A DNA stretch of 63,762 nt, the filler included, from Welwitschia mirabilis (taxonomy: Eukaryota): the NCBI GenBank assembly GCA_051453625.1. It is 6 parts of one record of this genome, joined end to end, with 100 filler letters (N's around TTAATTAATTAA, not from the genome) between each part and the next. Parts side by side here need not be neighbours in the genome. Positions count along the whole stretch, not along the records: positions 22,477 to 39,657 come from JBOZIK010000001.1; 5 more parts are not named here. One strand, written 5' to 3'. The position numbers and the translations under genes were made by a program. How positions within the stretch are numbered: position 1 is the first letter of the stretch; every line of letters begins with the position of its first letter. Of this stretch, positions 24,366 to 37,885 are shown one piece after another. The notes beneath the pieces are model-generated. The model ran no database searches and was not told where the DNA came from. It worked only from the letters and a program-made list of their open reading frames with translations.

Positions 24366-27129
24366 AGGACTTTCTCTCTATCATTATCTAAATTCTTTCT
24401 TAGCCTACTCANNNNNNNNNNNNNNNNNNNNNNNNNNNNNNNNNNNNNNNNNNNNNNNNNNNNNNNNNNNNNNNNNNNNNNNNNNNNNNNNNNNNNNNNN
24501 NNNNNNNNNNNTTCTTGCTTTATTATTTTATTTTTAGATTTCAGTTTTTAAAGTTTCTATTTTCTTTTTCTGTTCTCTGTTTTATTTCTATTTGTAGTTT
24601 TTATTTTCTATTTTACAAAAAAAAATAATCAGTCATCTCCTTTCTTGTCCCCATGATAAGGTGGACGATAGTTCCTTTATAGTTTTTCTAGTTTTTCTAT
24701 TAGTTTTCTATGTTCTGTTTCTTTTTCCTATGTATGTCATCCTCTCTATCGTCTGGACAATGAGCAGGACTATAGATAATAAACTATTAATTTTTTATTT
24801 TTTTTATTTTTGAGAAAATACATTTTTATGGTTTTGTTGAAATCTCTAACTTGACTACTTAAGAATTGCAGGAAGAAAATGAGTAAGAATTGGAATTTCA
24901 TAAGAAACCTTCTAAATTTTCTCTTAGCCTTTTCCTTTAAAAGATTATTATGGCATTACTTGATCATCTTTTAAAATTGACTTATGTATTTATTTCTATA
25001 ATTAGTCTTTTGACTTGGGTATTTTAGTGGTAAGATTGGATTCAGCCAATCTTAAGACATTTACATCTCTATGAACTTAAATTTAAAGGAAGATGCTTTA
25101 TTTTTTTAATTCCTTTCTCAATGGTGAAAAGGTCTTAGATTGTTTAAGAGTGTTTTTTTTTTTAATCCTAAATCTTTTGACTTTTACCTTTGTCTTTTGG
25201 AGTGTTTGGTCACGTGAAATGTTGTTCTTTTAAAAAAAAAAGTAAGAAAAGAAAAAAAAGAAGTGAATAAAGACCATGATGTTTTTATATTTCTATCTGA
25301 AAAACATGATCACCATGATGTCCTACCACAAGTACACCAGGGCAAATATTTTCAAGAGGAGTCTTTGGTAGTGTAATATAGTAGCTATGAAAACTCTACT
25401 TGGGGGTTTGTTGGCTATGCTTCATAGGTCTTTACTCCTCTGATAGTGGTTGCACTTCTCTCATCATGGTAAAATAAATAAACACTTTGAGGTTATGAAT
25501 CAGTGATGTTCCTGGTGTCATTAGAGGCATTGCTTATTTCCTAGACTCTTAGTATTCCCATTTGATCATTTTACTTTGGAGATTTTGGTGAGTTCATGGG
25601 ATGAATGTAGGTGAGTTCATTTCTATGTAACTTTTAATTTTGACATTCATTGTTCTAAACACTTAAAACTTGGGGTATCACCATAACAACTGTCTTTTTG
25701 AATGAACTTTATGAAATTAATACATTTTTTCATACATATTTACTTAGGAGATGTTATACTATTTTCCTTGGGGTTTTACTAGATTAGAACTCAGGATAGG
25801 TAAACAATATTCTCCTTATTTCTTGTATCCATTTTCACTTTGGATTTCTTTAGTTTTTGAATCTACTATTTCAAAGTCATTTCCACATTTTCTTATTTCT
25901 TCTTAGAAACTTAATCATTTAGTAGTTTTCTTACTATTCAATCATGATAAAAATTTTTCCTCAAAATAAATTTTTATTTTAAAAAATGTTTAAAAAACAT
26001 CTTTTGCATAATCTTCATGAGTTTCATTATAGGTTATTGAGTTCTAAATCTATCATGCTTTCATTTTTCTATTTGGGCACATTCATTCAGTCTTTATTAC
26101 AGGTTTTCAACCTAGATAGTCTATTTTCTTTAGCCATAGTTTTTTTCTTTTATGTGTTTCTATTTCTCTTCCTTTAATTTTTTCTATTTTTTCTCATATT
26201 TTGTCTATGTTTTTAGGTTTTCTATCTTTTTTCTTTTTAGAACTGTCACTTCAATGATCTTATCTGAGCCGAACTTTTTTGATTGATGATTTTTTCTAAA
26301 AACCTTTTTTGTCCTCTATCATCCCCTTATCATCTAGATGACACAGTGGCAGATGATTGTCTGATTTTTATTGTCAGTCATCTTAGGACTATTGCCTGGA
26401 TGATGCAACTAGATGATAGTGTGATAAAAGTATTGCCCAAACCTTTGTCTCCTTATTTTCATTTGTTTTCTCATCATTTTCCTTCGTTCTTTTGAGAGAT
26501 GAAGATTCCTCTGGCTAGTACCAGTATTTTAGGATTTGTCCTATCTAATTTTGTTGCCAGATTTGGAAGATTTCTTCAAATTCACAAAAATGAGGTATGT
26601 TTCTCTCTCCTTCTATTTTTTCATTTTTTCTCTTATTTTTTAGCCTTTGAATGCATATTTTTGATGTATATTAATCAATTTATCATGCTCTTCATTTTGA
26701 GACTTATGGATCTAAATTTCACCACGTGTTTTTTGAGTTATGATCACTTTTGCCTATTACGAGGTATTTTCAGGTTTTCACATTTTTCACTCATTTCCTC
26801 ACAAACCATAAATCAAATCATAGTGGTGCTTTATGCAAAATTATTCAGTGCACTACGACTTTACTAGATTAGATTTTTTATTTGACTACTTTGATTTTTC
26901 ACTTCTTGTGGGATCAACTACATACATAGTGTTCGGATTTTTTTCATTTTTTTCTCATTTCTTTTGTTATGATTAGGAAATTCAGGATGCATTACATTTT
27001 TTTGAAGGGAGGAGAAGAGGGCAAGACATATTTCTAGTATTTTTGATAATTTTTATCGATTTTGGGGGTCATTATTGTGCATCCATTCGATGTTTTTTAC
27101 TTGTTTATCTATTTTAGCATAACGAGTTT

Positions 27130-28439
27130 AGTATTTGTGATTGAGTAGGCCACATATGTGTAGAGCTTGATAAGAAGAGGCTTTAACTAAGTTTGTAGAA
27201 CATGCAGTAGGCTCTTTTATTGAGCTTGAGTTATAACATGCAGAGTTCACACATCCGCCACTTTGACATGGATGATCTTTAAGCATACAAATAGCTAGCA
27301 TTAGTGTTGAGAGACATTTTGGTGATTTCATAAGCTGCATAGATCTCGAGGTTGATCAGAGATTAGTAGAGTTATGGCTTAGATGGATCACAGATGTGTA
27401 TAGTGCATATTATGCTTATGACATGAGAGAAATTTATGACATCATGCATATAGAGAGGTGATCAGACACTCGTGGTCAGCTACAGGACATGATTGTTGCA
27501 TACATTCAAGACCAAAAAATAGATATCCTCACATCTTACATTATAGTCATCATAGATCTTAGAGGATTTGAAAGTCTACATATTTATGTGGCTAATGGAA
27601 TAGAGGAGTGTTGAGTTTATGACACTATTTTAGACATTCTAGCTAATATAACCACTAATCGACAGTGGATAAATGTTATCCAGCTGATTCCCGCAAATAG
27701 AGTTTTGCATAGAGAACTAATTTAGAACATTAGTCCATCATACCATGATAGTTACATTATGGTTATGCATTTATAGATTCTGGTAGCTTTCCATCAAGTG
27801 GAGTAGATGGATTTATCAACCTTTATATGGAGGAGAGTTAGGTCTATGATTGAGACACAATATATACAGACACTTGCTTATCAATGCCTCCTCTTAGCTT
27901 TGTTTAGATGATTTAGGATACTAAAGCCCATAGGAGAGTGATGTATCTCACACATTTAGACTTCTGCTCGTTATTTATAGGATATGAATATACAGGTACT
28001 AGGAAAGATAGAGAGACCTCAGGTACAAAGACCTATAGTTCGAGCTTTATTAGAGTAGATCTAAGCCCTTTTAACTGAGACTACTAAGACCCTTAAGGAA
28101 TTTGTTTTTTAGAGGTTGTAGACCTTCGAGTAGAGAGTTGAGTAGTGGATCCTATTATTTGAGTAAAAAGTTGAGTAATAGATCCTATCTATTAAGAGGA
28201 GAGTATAACACATAGAGGATCAGATGATGGATATGCGCTAGTGCATTGTCTCTATTCAGCAGAGTGTGACTGTAGACATTTCAAAGTCAGTATGTATCTA
28301 GGGTAATAAGACAATCAAGTCTATTGTAGCATCTCTTGATGTCCATCTCCTTGTAGTTCTTGATCATTTTTTTCCTTCTCCTCCTACTCCTGAGATAGTT
28401 ATTGAACTAGAGTTCATCATGCATAGACGAGGGAAGTGA
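27130..28439 (+). pseudogene. Athila env-like ORF, degenerate
   Basis: Lies between pol and the PPT. Translation: VERHFGDF...WLRWITDVYSAYYAYDMREIYDIM...LIPANRVLHRELI*NISPSYHDSYI...MDLSTFIWRRV...TLAYQCLLLALF, ending HRRGK*. Confidence 0.7.
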
Positions 28440-28957
28440 TTTTACATTATATTTTTAATCTTCCTTTCTACACTTTTTGTACTAAAATCTCTCATTATTA
28501 TATAGACATATCATTTCATTTTAGTATGGTATACTATTCCTATCTAATTTTTACATAATTATATATTGATTTTTATGATGAGGATTGCATTTTTTTGAGT
28601 AAATATTTATAATTAATTATTTATCATAAATGGGGAGCTATTTATTATGATTAACTAAGTATCTAAGAAAATAAATTTTTGTCGTAGGTTTCAGTTTTAA
28701 AAACCCTATACAAAACCTGTTGTTCCCTCCATCGTCCAGATGACAATACTAAACGATAATTCTCTAATACTTCACAGGTGTTTCTATTTATCATTTTTAA
28801 TTTTTTAAAACTTTACTCTATCTTCAAAATATTCTTTAAATCTTTTTGATATAATTTCTTTAGGTATCCAAGTATTTTTATTATCTAATAAGTTGACTCA
28901 CAAATGAGGTTTACTACCTGGTTTTGTCAAGGACTGATAAGGCTAAGTACGAGGCTA

Positions 28958-30041
28958 TGTTATTCTACTAACTTACATATATTTCATAGGATATTTTGAG
29001 TTGTTTTATAGGTAAATTAATAGGTAAATGCTTAGTTTCCATGATAATGGAGAATCAGGATCAAAAGAATGAAAACATGTAATTTCCTCGATAAATTACA
29101 AGCATTCTGAGTGGATATAAATAATCAATATTTTAGATAATAATTTCCTATAAACAATAAGGCTAATTCATTGATGGAAGATCCATTAAAAGGCCATCAT
29201 CTACCTAATCATCTAGACAGCATGAAAGATGATCATATTCCTACATGATCACAGGTCTGACAGGAAGTCAGACTATAGCAAATCAGATTTAACTATGAGT
29301 TGGCATTATTTCTTTTATCATCTAGACGAATAGCAGGACGACACTAATTGTAATGCTTATACTAAATGTTCATATAAAATTTTGCCACCTATTTTAATTT
29401 CTCTCTATAGGATGGTTAGGATTTTTTTTATGCCTTTCTATCAGTTTTATTTTATGTTTTGAGTCAATAAATAGAGGTCTCCCCCTCGAATCCTGATCAT
29501 CTTTAATTATAACTAACATACTCGTGAGAAGAGATCAAGGGACCAGGGAATCATCCTGTAATTTTAGAGAGACGTTTCCTGTGTTAAGTAGTATTCCTTC
29601 CATTAAGGTGTGGCTACTTTATAATACAGATGTAATGTAAATTTTAATATAAACATTTCTTTTTTCATAAATGATCTTCTCCCTTATAGTTTATATTACT
29701 TGAGATTCAGTGACAACTTCTCTTATAATATAGATTATGAGAGCAACCTTTATTAAGGTGATTCTTGGTTAGTTTAGATGCATTATTATTTCCTTTCCTA
29801 GTTTAGTTTTTCATAAGTGTGTTTTATTCCCTTTTCATGCATTGCAAGTTATTTCTATAAGTTAGGGTTACAATATTTTTCATCTTAAAAGCAACTCTTT
29901 TATTTCCATATTGTAGCCTTTAATGGATTATGACATTTGGGTTACTTCCATCTATATTAGTGTGTTGTATTTGTGCATATTATTTTTAGTTAACAGGATT
30001 CTAATTAGAACATAAACATTGCATAAATACACATCACAAAA
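28958..30041 (+). repeat. Athila 3' LTR
   Basis: tgttattctactaacttac...cattgcataaatacacatcacaaaa, homologous to 30952-32162. Confidence 0.85.
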
Positions 30042-30951
30042 ACTAGTCAATGCAGAAGCAAAAATGTTAAAGTGATTTTATAGCTGTTACTTGACCAAAT
30101 ATATCCATTTCTAATGTCAAATTCCTTCCCAACTATCCAAATGGTTATATTTTAGGGAAATCTATAAATAAAATGAAATACTCAAAAATCAAGAGCTTAA
30201 TATTAGGATCCATTTTTTAAAAAGGAAGGTTGCACTCTTGATCTAAAGGACTTATCTTTGTACTAATATTATTTTCTCACTTAGTACTTACCTTTGTATC
30301 AAATCTAACTAATAAGACTCCATTGTTAGTTCTTTTACTTAAGTGATCTAGAGCATACAAGATATAATCAAGAACCCTAGAAGAGGAGGAGGAGAAGGAG
30401 GAGGAGGAAAAGAGGGAGGGGGGTGAATAAGTTCTTTCAAAAACTTAAGCACAAAAATAAAAATAAATTTATCTAAAACACTACTTACTTGTGAAAATAA
30501 TTAATTCAATAATGTGTATAAAATAATAGAATTATGAAAATAAAGAATCAAAAATAAAATGCATAAACTACCAATTTTGATGTATGCTTGATTTATAATG
30601 GTTAAGAATCTTTGCTACTCTACTCTTGATAATCAGCTTTTCCCAAGCTAGATTTTGGATTTCTTTTACTCTATAGGTATTCTAGGTTTACCTATAACCT
30701 TTATAAATAGACTTTTCTAGGCTAAGTCTCAACCTTGACAATGGACTTTTCAAGGCTTAGTCTTAACCTATAGCATGAACTTTTCAAGGCCAAGTCTCAA
30801 CCTCTAGAAATAATGCAAGTGATGTAGTAATGCTTTGATTACACAAATATTACCCGTTCTGAAATTAGAACAAAATATGGAGCTCTTCTTCTGTAATAAT
30901 ACACCAATTATGTATTTGACTTTGAATGTAATACGTGTGCCAATAGTAGAT
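30042..30951 (-). mobile_element. Fragment of a SIRE-type copia element (LTR U5 part, decayed PBS and leader), bounded by Athila LTRs on both sides
   Basis: The reverse complement matches 54040-54605: ttattcacccccc..ctaggg, repeated gttgagactt(a/g)gcct, and ttagtacaaagataagtcctttagatc resembling the PBS and leader. Confidence 0.75.
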
Positions 30952-32162
30952 TGTTGCGATACTAACTTATATGTATTTGATAGAGTATTTTGAGTTTTTT
31001 TGCAGAGGAACTAATAGATAAATACCTAGTTCTTATGACAATCGAGAATCTAGGAGCACAAGATGAAAACATGCATTTTATCAAATAATTTACAAGTATT
31101 TCATATAGATATGGATAAATGGTATTTCCAGATAATTATTCCTATAAACAACAAGATATCAGACTGACAAACGATGAAGAAAAGACTGTCGTCCCTACTA
31201 TCATCCACACAACAGGAAGAACGACAATCCTAATTAAGCATATGACAGTGTTATTTCTAGATAACTTGTAATTAAACTGAAGATTTTCTGATCAAAACTC
31301 ATCGTCCACCTAATTATCCAGATAACACTAGTGGACGACATCTCCAGAAATAGTCAACGACAGTTTGGATGCAGTTCACAGACAGCTAAACTGGAAGCTA
31401 AGTATATAACTCATTGTTAATCCATGTCGTCTCCTACATCGTCCGGATGACCATAAGGATGACACTGTTCTCTATCACTTTTACAGAATGTATTCTCGAG
31501 TTATCACCTGCTTATTGCGAATTTCTTATGCATGTTAGCTAGAGTTTCTCTTATGCTTTTCTTTCAATTCCCTTTCCCTTTCTATCTATAAATAAATGTC
31601 TTCCCCTTAATCCCTAATCAATTTTGATAGTACTTGACATTCTTGTGATAGAAGATCTTGGGATCAGAGAACCATCTTGTAATCCAGAGAGACATTACCT
31701 TGGTGTTAGGTGGAATATCCTCAATTGAGAAATGACTACTTTGTGATATAGATGCCATTTCTATTTTTAATATGAATTATCCCTTTTGTTAATAATTTTA
31801 GGAACTTATCCCTTATAGTTTATGTTGTTCAAGATTCATAACAGGTTTCTTTAATTATACAGATTATGAGGACATCCTTTATTAGGATTAAGCTTAATTA
31901 GTTTAGGTACATCATTGTTTACTTTCTTAGATTAGTTGCATCAGCATCTTTTATTTTTATGCATTGCAATTAATTTTAGTAGATTAGAATTACACATTTC
32001 TTTCTTGAAATCAACTATTGATTGTCCATATCATTATCCTTTGACAAAATTATAACATTTAGATCATTCTGACTATACTAGCGTGCTATATTTTGCATCT
32101 TATTTATAATTAACAAGATCGAGATCAAAGACTGAAACATTGCATAAATACACACTGTAATA
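30952..32162 (+). repeat. Athila 5' LTR
   Basis: TGTTGCGATACTAACTTA...cacactgtaata is the reverse-complement homologue of 21072-22281. Confidence 0.9.
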
Positions 32163-32637
32163 AAACTGAAGCCTGCTTCAAAATTGAGAGTTATCGTTGC
32201 TTTGGTGGATATTTCAGATGTTTGCTGTAGCATCGGTGTACTAGTATCCTTTGTAAGTAGTTTATTTTAGTTTTAACTTTTAACTAACCTCTGATGTCTC
32301 CTTCGTCATCTAGATGTCAAAGTTGGATGACTATTCCATTTTCTTCTTTACCTTGTTCTGTGGTTATCTGTGTTTTCTGTCTCTATCATCCAGGTTATCA
32401 TCCAGACGACATACATGATGATACCTTTTTAGAACCTGAAACTGAATGATAAAAATAGGGAAAGGCAAAAAATACTAGAGAGAGAGGCAGTTCATTGGAA
32501 AAAATATCAGAGAAGGTTTGCTAAATTTTGAATTTAAAAATCAAAACAACCCAAGTATGAAAACTTTAGAATTTCTTAAAATTTTTTATTTTAATTCTGC
32601 AAAAGCATCTGATTTTAATTCTGAAAAATCTAATACC

Positions 32638-35600
32638 ATGTCGACCTCTCACCAAAAACAACCTATCTCACCAAATCCACCCTCTGTCATTGAAACCATT
32701 ACTCCTACTCCTCATGTGATTCTGAGAGATCTCATAGCAAATAAATGACTTAAAATTCAAAACTGTTTTAACTTACCTCTAGGTAATGATGTGAAACTTA
32801 AAAACTTAAATGCTTACCCTACCTTTTGAGAAGAACCTGATAAAGACTCCCTACAATACATCACTAAAATTGAACAACTCATTCTTACTTCCAGAAATAG
32901 TAAAAAGTACATAATTGATAAAACCTATATGGTTATGTTTTTCATCACATTATGAGATAAGGCTAAATTTTGGCTTAGAACAATCCCTCATAAGAGCCTA
33001 AAATCTTGGAGTCAAGTTCAATAAGCCTTTATCAAGATATTTATGAATGAAACCACCATCTAGAAATATAAGAAAGAAGTCACAAACTTCCAACAACTAC
33101 CTAATGAAGACTATACCTCTGCCTATGATCGATTCTTTGTTGCTTTACATTCGAACCTACTAAATGCCTTTTTAGAGGTAAAATTAATAGACTATTTCTA
33201 TAGTGGGTTAAAAAGTCATACTAAATAACTTGTAGATTTCTCTTATAGAGGTAACCTCTTAAACCAAATATTAGAAGATGCATGGAAGATGTTAGAAGAC
33301 TTAGTGGAAGTAAGTCAAACTTAGCCTAAAACCTCCTTTAGAGAAAACCGAATGGTAGGCCAAATCATCAAAGACCTCAAAGAAGTAAAACATGAGAAAA
33401 CTAAAACTAAAATAGAAAATAAACCAACTAGCATCATTAAGGATTTTACTTCTACTTTAGAGAAATACATCCAAATGATCATTGATGCTAAAGTGGCAAC
33501 TGAGAAGAGTGAAGTTATTATTCCAACATGCAATTTGTGTAAAGATAGCTATTATATCATGAAAGAGTGCCCTTTACTTCCTACTTATAAGGAAATAATC
33601 TATAAGGAAGTGTGCGCTTTTAACCAAAGACCTTCCAACTACCCAAAAAACCATGATCAAAGATAAGTCCTAAGTTGCAATTATCAAAATAGGATGAGTG
33701 AACAACTAAATTCTAGAAACTTTCAAATACCTCATCCTAACTAATAGCCTTTTAGAAGTTAATTTAAAAACTAAAAATTTTAGCCCAACCATCCAAATAA
33801 CTTGGCAAGCCCTTCCAACTCGTAAAACCATAGTGATCCTCTTAGGAATTCCATTGAGGAGTTGAGAAAAACTCAAGAAAAGAAAATGCAAACATAGAAA
33901 ATCTTGTGAATATTATACAACAAACCATGCTTTCCAACTAAAGACCACAAGGGACCTTTATCACTCAACCCTTACCAAACCATAACAAAGTATAAAAAGA
34001 TTGTAAGATTTGACAAGGAGTGGAAATGACACAACTTTCCCTACTCATGAGGCTTCAACTTCCCAAAACTATAAGAACGATGAAGAAGAGGACATAGAAA
34101 TCTTAGAAAATCATTCCTTCCCTTCTTCACTTAATAACAAAAAGAAAGATCAGTCCAAAAAAAAACCTGCTACTCCATGGCTTAATAGGATTAACACAAT
34201 TCCTATCTTTGATGATTATTTGAAAGCCTTAATGTAAAACATGTGCATCAACTTATCTTTTTGGAGACTTTTACAAGAAAATCCAAAATACTCTAAGCTA
34301 TGAAAAGACCTAATTAGAAGAAAATAAAAATGAACTATCTCTAGTAAAGTCTTCCTAGCTCAATCCCTTAGCAACCTAGTTTCCAAAGAGTGTCCAAAGT
34401 TTAAAGATCTGGGGCCAGCAACTATTAGTGTCACCTTAGAGGGGAACTAAAGAATTAAAAAATCTTTGATAGATATAAGAGCAAGTATCAACATCATGCC
34501 CTTGCATATTTTTCAATGTCTTAGGTTGGATGACAGAGTAGAGCCTACATGAGTTATCTTAGAGTTAGCCGATACATCTGTGAAGAAATCTTTAGGTGTG
34601 ATCAAGGGCTTAGTCATTCAGATAGAGGAAGCTTTCTACCTAATCGATGTAGTTATTTTAGAAGTTAAGCATTAGGGTGGATATCCTATACTTCTAGGTA
34701 GATCTTTCTATGTAACCACTCATTACATCATAGACATAAGTACTGGATTGATGAAGTGCTATTTTAGAAACAAATAATTTTCAATTAGAGTATTTGATGT
34801 AGCAAAAAAAGACTTAGATAACAATCTAGGTTTGGAGAAGAAGTAAAACCAACCCTATTTTTACAGCATCATCCACTTGAGGAGAGATGGTTCATGCTTC
34901 ATGATCCAACCTTGTTTGATGATCACATGGAAGTAGAATACCTTTATGAGCTTAATGAACAACTTGAATTTAACCATCCCTCCATTGAGTTTTCTGATTT
35001 GATGAGAAGTAAAACTAAGTCTGCAACCTATTTTGAAATCCAAGAGACTAGTAATCCTGAGAATTCTTATTGTGAAGTCAGTAATCCAATAATAATGTCC
35101 GGATAATAGTCTGAGATGACAAACAACTTTCTTAAAAATTCTTCTAGGACCAGAGGTCTAAATCTTAATCTGAACCTAAAACCTCTGACTACTAAATTGA
35201 AATACATTTTTCTGAATAGAGATTTGAATAAGCCCTTAATTATTAATAAAAATATCTCACTTCAATAAGAATCCAATCTCATATCTCTTTTAGAGTCAAA
35301 ATTTCATGCATTTGCTTGGTCTCATAATGATCTATTAGCCATCCCCACTTCCATTGTATAATATAAAATATACCTCAAAGAAAATTTCAAACCTGTGAGG
35401 AAACCGCAATGTAGACTAAATCCAACCCTAAAGCAAATCGTAAAAGATGAAATCATAAAACTTATGGACATTGGAATCATTTACTCTATTGCAGATAGTG
35501 AGAGGTTTAGCCCCTTAATGATATTATCAAAAAGGGTGGAAAATGGTGTATATGCATAGATTTTTGAAAACTAAAGGAAGTAACTAAAAAAGACCACTTT

Positions 35601-37785
35601 CCTTTACCTTTTCTCGATTAAATTCTTGATAGGATTTAGGGACATGCTTTTTACTGTTTTCTTAATGGTTATAGTGGTTACAATCAAATTTGCATTGTCC
35701 TTGAAGACTAGGATAAAACTACTTTCACTTCTCCTTTTTGGCACATTTGCCTTTAGACACATGTCTTTTGGACCTTGTAATGCTTCTGATACCTTTCAAT
35801 GTGCTATGATGGGTATTTTTTCTAATATGCTTGAAGATTCCATTTGATATTTTTATAGATTACTTCGCTATCTATGTCAATACCTTTGAACAAATCGTAG
35901 ATCATTTAGAGAAAGTCTTAGATCAATGCATTGCTAGTAGCCTCCATTTAAATTGGGAAAAGAGTTATTTTCTTATCGAGAGTGGCATTGTTTTAGGTTA
36001 CCAAATTTCTTGAAATGGGATTAAGATGGATGCTTCTAAAGTTAGTGTTATTTAAAATCTTAGTCCCCTTAGTAATGTTAAACAAGTCAGATCTTTTCTT
36101 GGTCATTGTGATTTTTACCATCAGTTCATTCGTGATTATGCTTCTATTTGAAAACCCCTTAGCTCATTACTTGAGAAATATGCCAAATTTGAATGGAATG
36201 AATCTTGTCAAACTGTTTTTAATAGGCTTAAACAAAGATTATTTGATGCTCCTATAGTAATGGGATCTAATTGGGTACTTAACTTTGAGATTATATGTGA
36301 TGCTAGTAATTTTGCCATGGGTCGGGTTCTTTGCCAAAAATATGAGAAAGACTTTAAAGTTATATCTTATCATAGAAAGACATTATCTAGAGCTCAAATG
36401 AATTATACTACTATTGAAAAAGAAATTCTTGCTATTATCTTTTGCCTTAATTCTCTTCAACATTACTTTTAGAATTCCACACGAATGTTTATACCAACCA
36501 TACTGCTATTTATTACCTCATGACTAAGAAAGACTTTACTGTCCATTTGATTAGATGGATCCTTCTTATGCAAGAATTTAATTTGATCATCATAGATAAA
36601 ACTGGGAAGCATAATTCTATTGCCGACCACTTATCTCGACTTCCTTCTCCTCCAGATAATATTCTCATTGATGAGACTTTTCCTGATGAGTAGCTCTTTG
36701 TTGTCTCTTCTTCTCATCCTCTTCCATGGTATGCTAACATTGTTAACTATCTTGTAACCATGAAGACACCACAATGTTGGACCTATTACTAACATAAATC
36801 CTTTCTCCATCATATAGGTGACTATGAGTGGGTCGAGCCACATTTATACTATAGGTGTAAAGACCAAATTATGAGAAAATATGTGCCCGATTAGGAAATA
36901 CTTAATATTCTTCACCTTTATCATGGTGGTGTTTGTGGAGGACATTTCAGTGGACATAAAACTATCATGAAAATCCTTCATTTTGGTTTTTATTGGCATT
37001 CTCGTTTTCATGATTTCTATGATTTTATCAGAAGGTGTAATTCTTGCCAGTGTTTTGGTAGCCTTATTCGTTCATAGGAAATGCCCCTTCGACCTATTCT
37101 TGAGTGCGAGCCTTTTGATTATTGGGGTATTGATTTTATGGACCCATTTCACCCATCTTCTTGCAATAAAAATTATATTTTAGTGGTTGTCAATTACATA
37201 ACTAAATGTGTTGAAGCCATACCTACTTCTTTGAATGATGCTTGAACTGTTTGTCATTTTCTATGATCACATATCTTTCTGAGATTTGGCTTTCCTAGAA
37301 TTATCATTAGCATTCAGGGTACTTATTTCATAAATTCACTTTTTAAAAAACTTCTCTTATCCATGGGAATTGAACATAGAATCGCTTGTGCTTATCATCC
37401 TCAAACAAATGGACAAGCTGAAAATGCTAATAGAGAAATAAAGAAAATGCTTGAAAAACTTATCTCTGTTAATAAAAAGACTTAGGATTCTAAAATTAAC
37501 AATGTACTTTGGGCTTACTGTATTACTTGGCATACTTCTCTTGGTTTCTCACCTTATGAACTTGTTTATGGTAAAGTTTGTGTATTACCAGTTGATATGT
37601 ATTACAATTCTTACCATACATCTCATCAACTTAATCTTGTAGACTATGCTGAAAATCTTAAGTATCGGTTAGCATAACTTAATCATCTTGATGAAAATAA
37701 AACTAGTTTCATACATCGTCAATTGATTCATAAAGCCCAAGCCAAGTTCAAACATGATAAGAGGATTTTTCATAAAAAGTTTAAA
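32638..37785 (+). pseudogene. gag-pol: Athila gag-pol polyprotein, many stops and frameshifts
   Basis: gag MSTSHQKQP... with CNLCKDSYYIMKECP; PR LIDIRASINIMP; RT KKDHFPLPFLD, FAFRHMSFGPCNASDTFQCAMM and DIFIDYFAIY (decayed FMDDF); RH FEIICDASNFAMG and NYTTIEKEILA; INT CGGHFSGHKT, WGIDFMGPF and YHPQTNGQAE. Confidence 0.95.
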
Positions 37786-37885
37786 NNNNNNNNNNNNNNN
37801 NNNNNNNNNNNNNNNNNNNNNNNNNNNNNNNNNNNNNNNNNNNNNNNNNNNNNNNNNNNNNNNNNNNNNNNNNNNNNNNNNNNNN

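Larger units (their letters stand above)
22477..30041 (+). mobile_element. 3' half of an autonomous-type Athila element (integrase, long 3' region, env-like ORF, PPT, 3' LTR)
   Basis: Integrase fragments, decayed PPT ggctaagtacgaggcta at 28941-28957 and an LTR at 28958-30041. Confidence 0.85.
30952..37785 (+). mobile_element. Athila element, 5' LTR plus gag-pol; the 3' end is lost in a gap
   Basis: LTR at 30952-32162, then a leader and gag-PR-RT-RH-INT in gypsy order. Confidence 0.9.

Noticed and set aside
26499..26867. Hydrophobic 122-aa ORFs (also 59195-59563) as membrane proteins
   Set aside because: The F/L/I richness reflects T-rich TE non-coding sequence, and there is no supporting motif.
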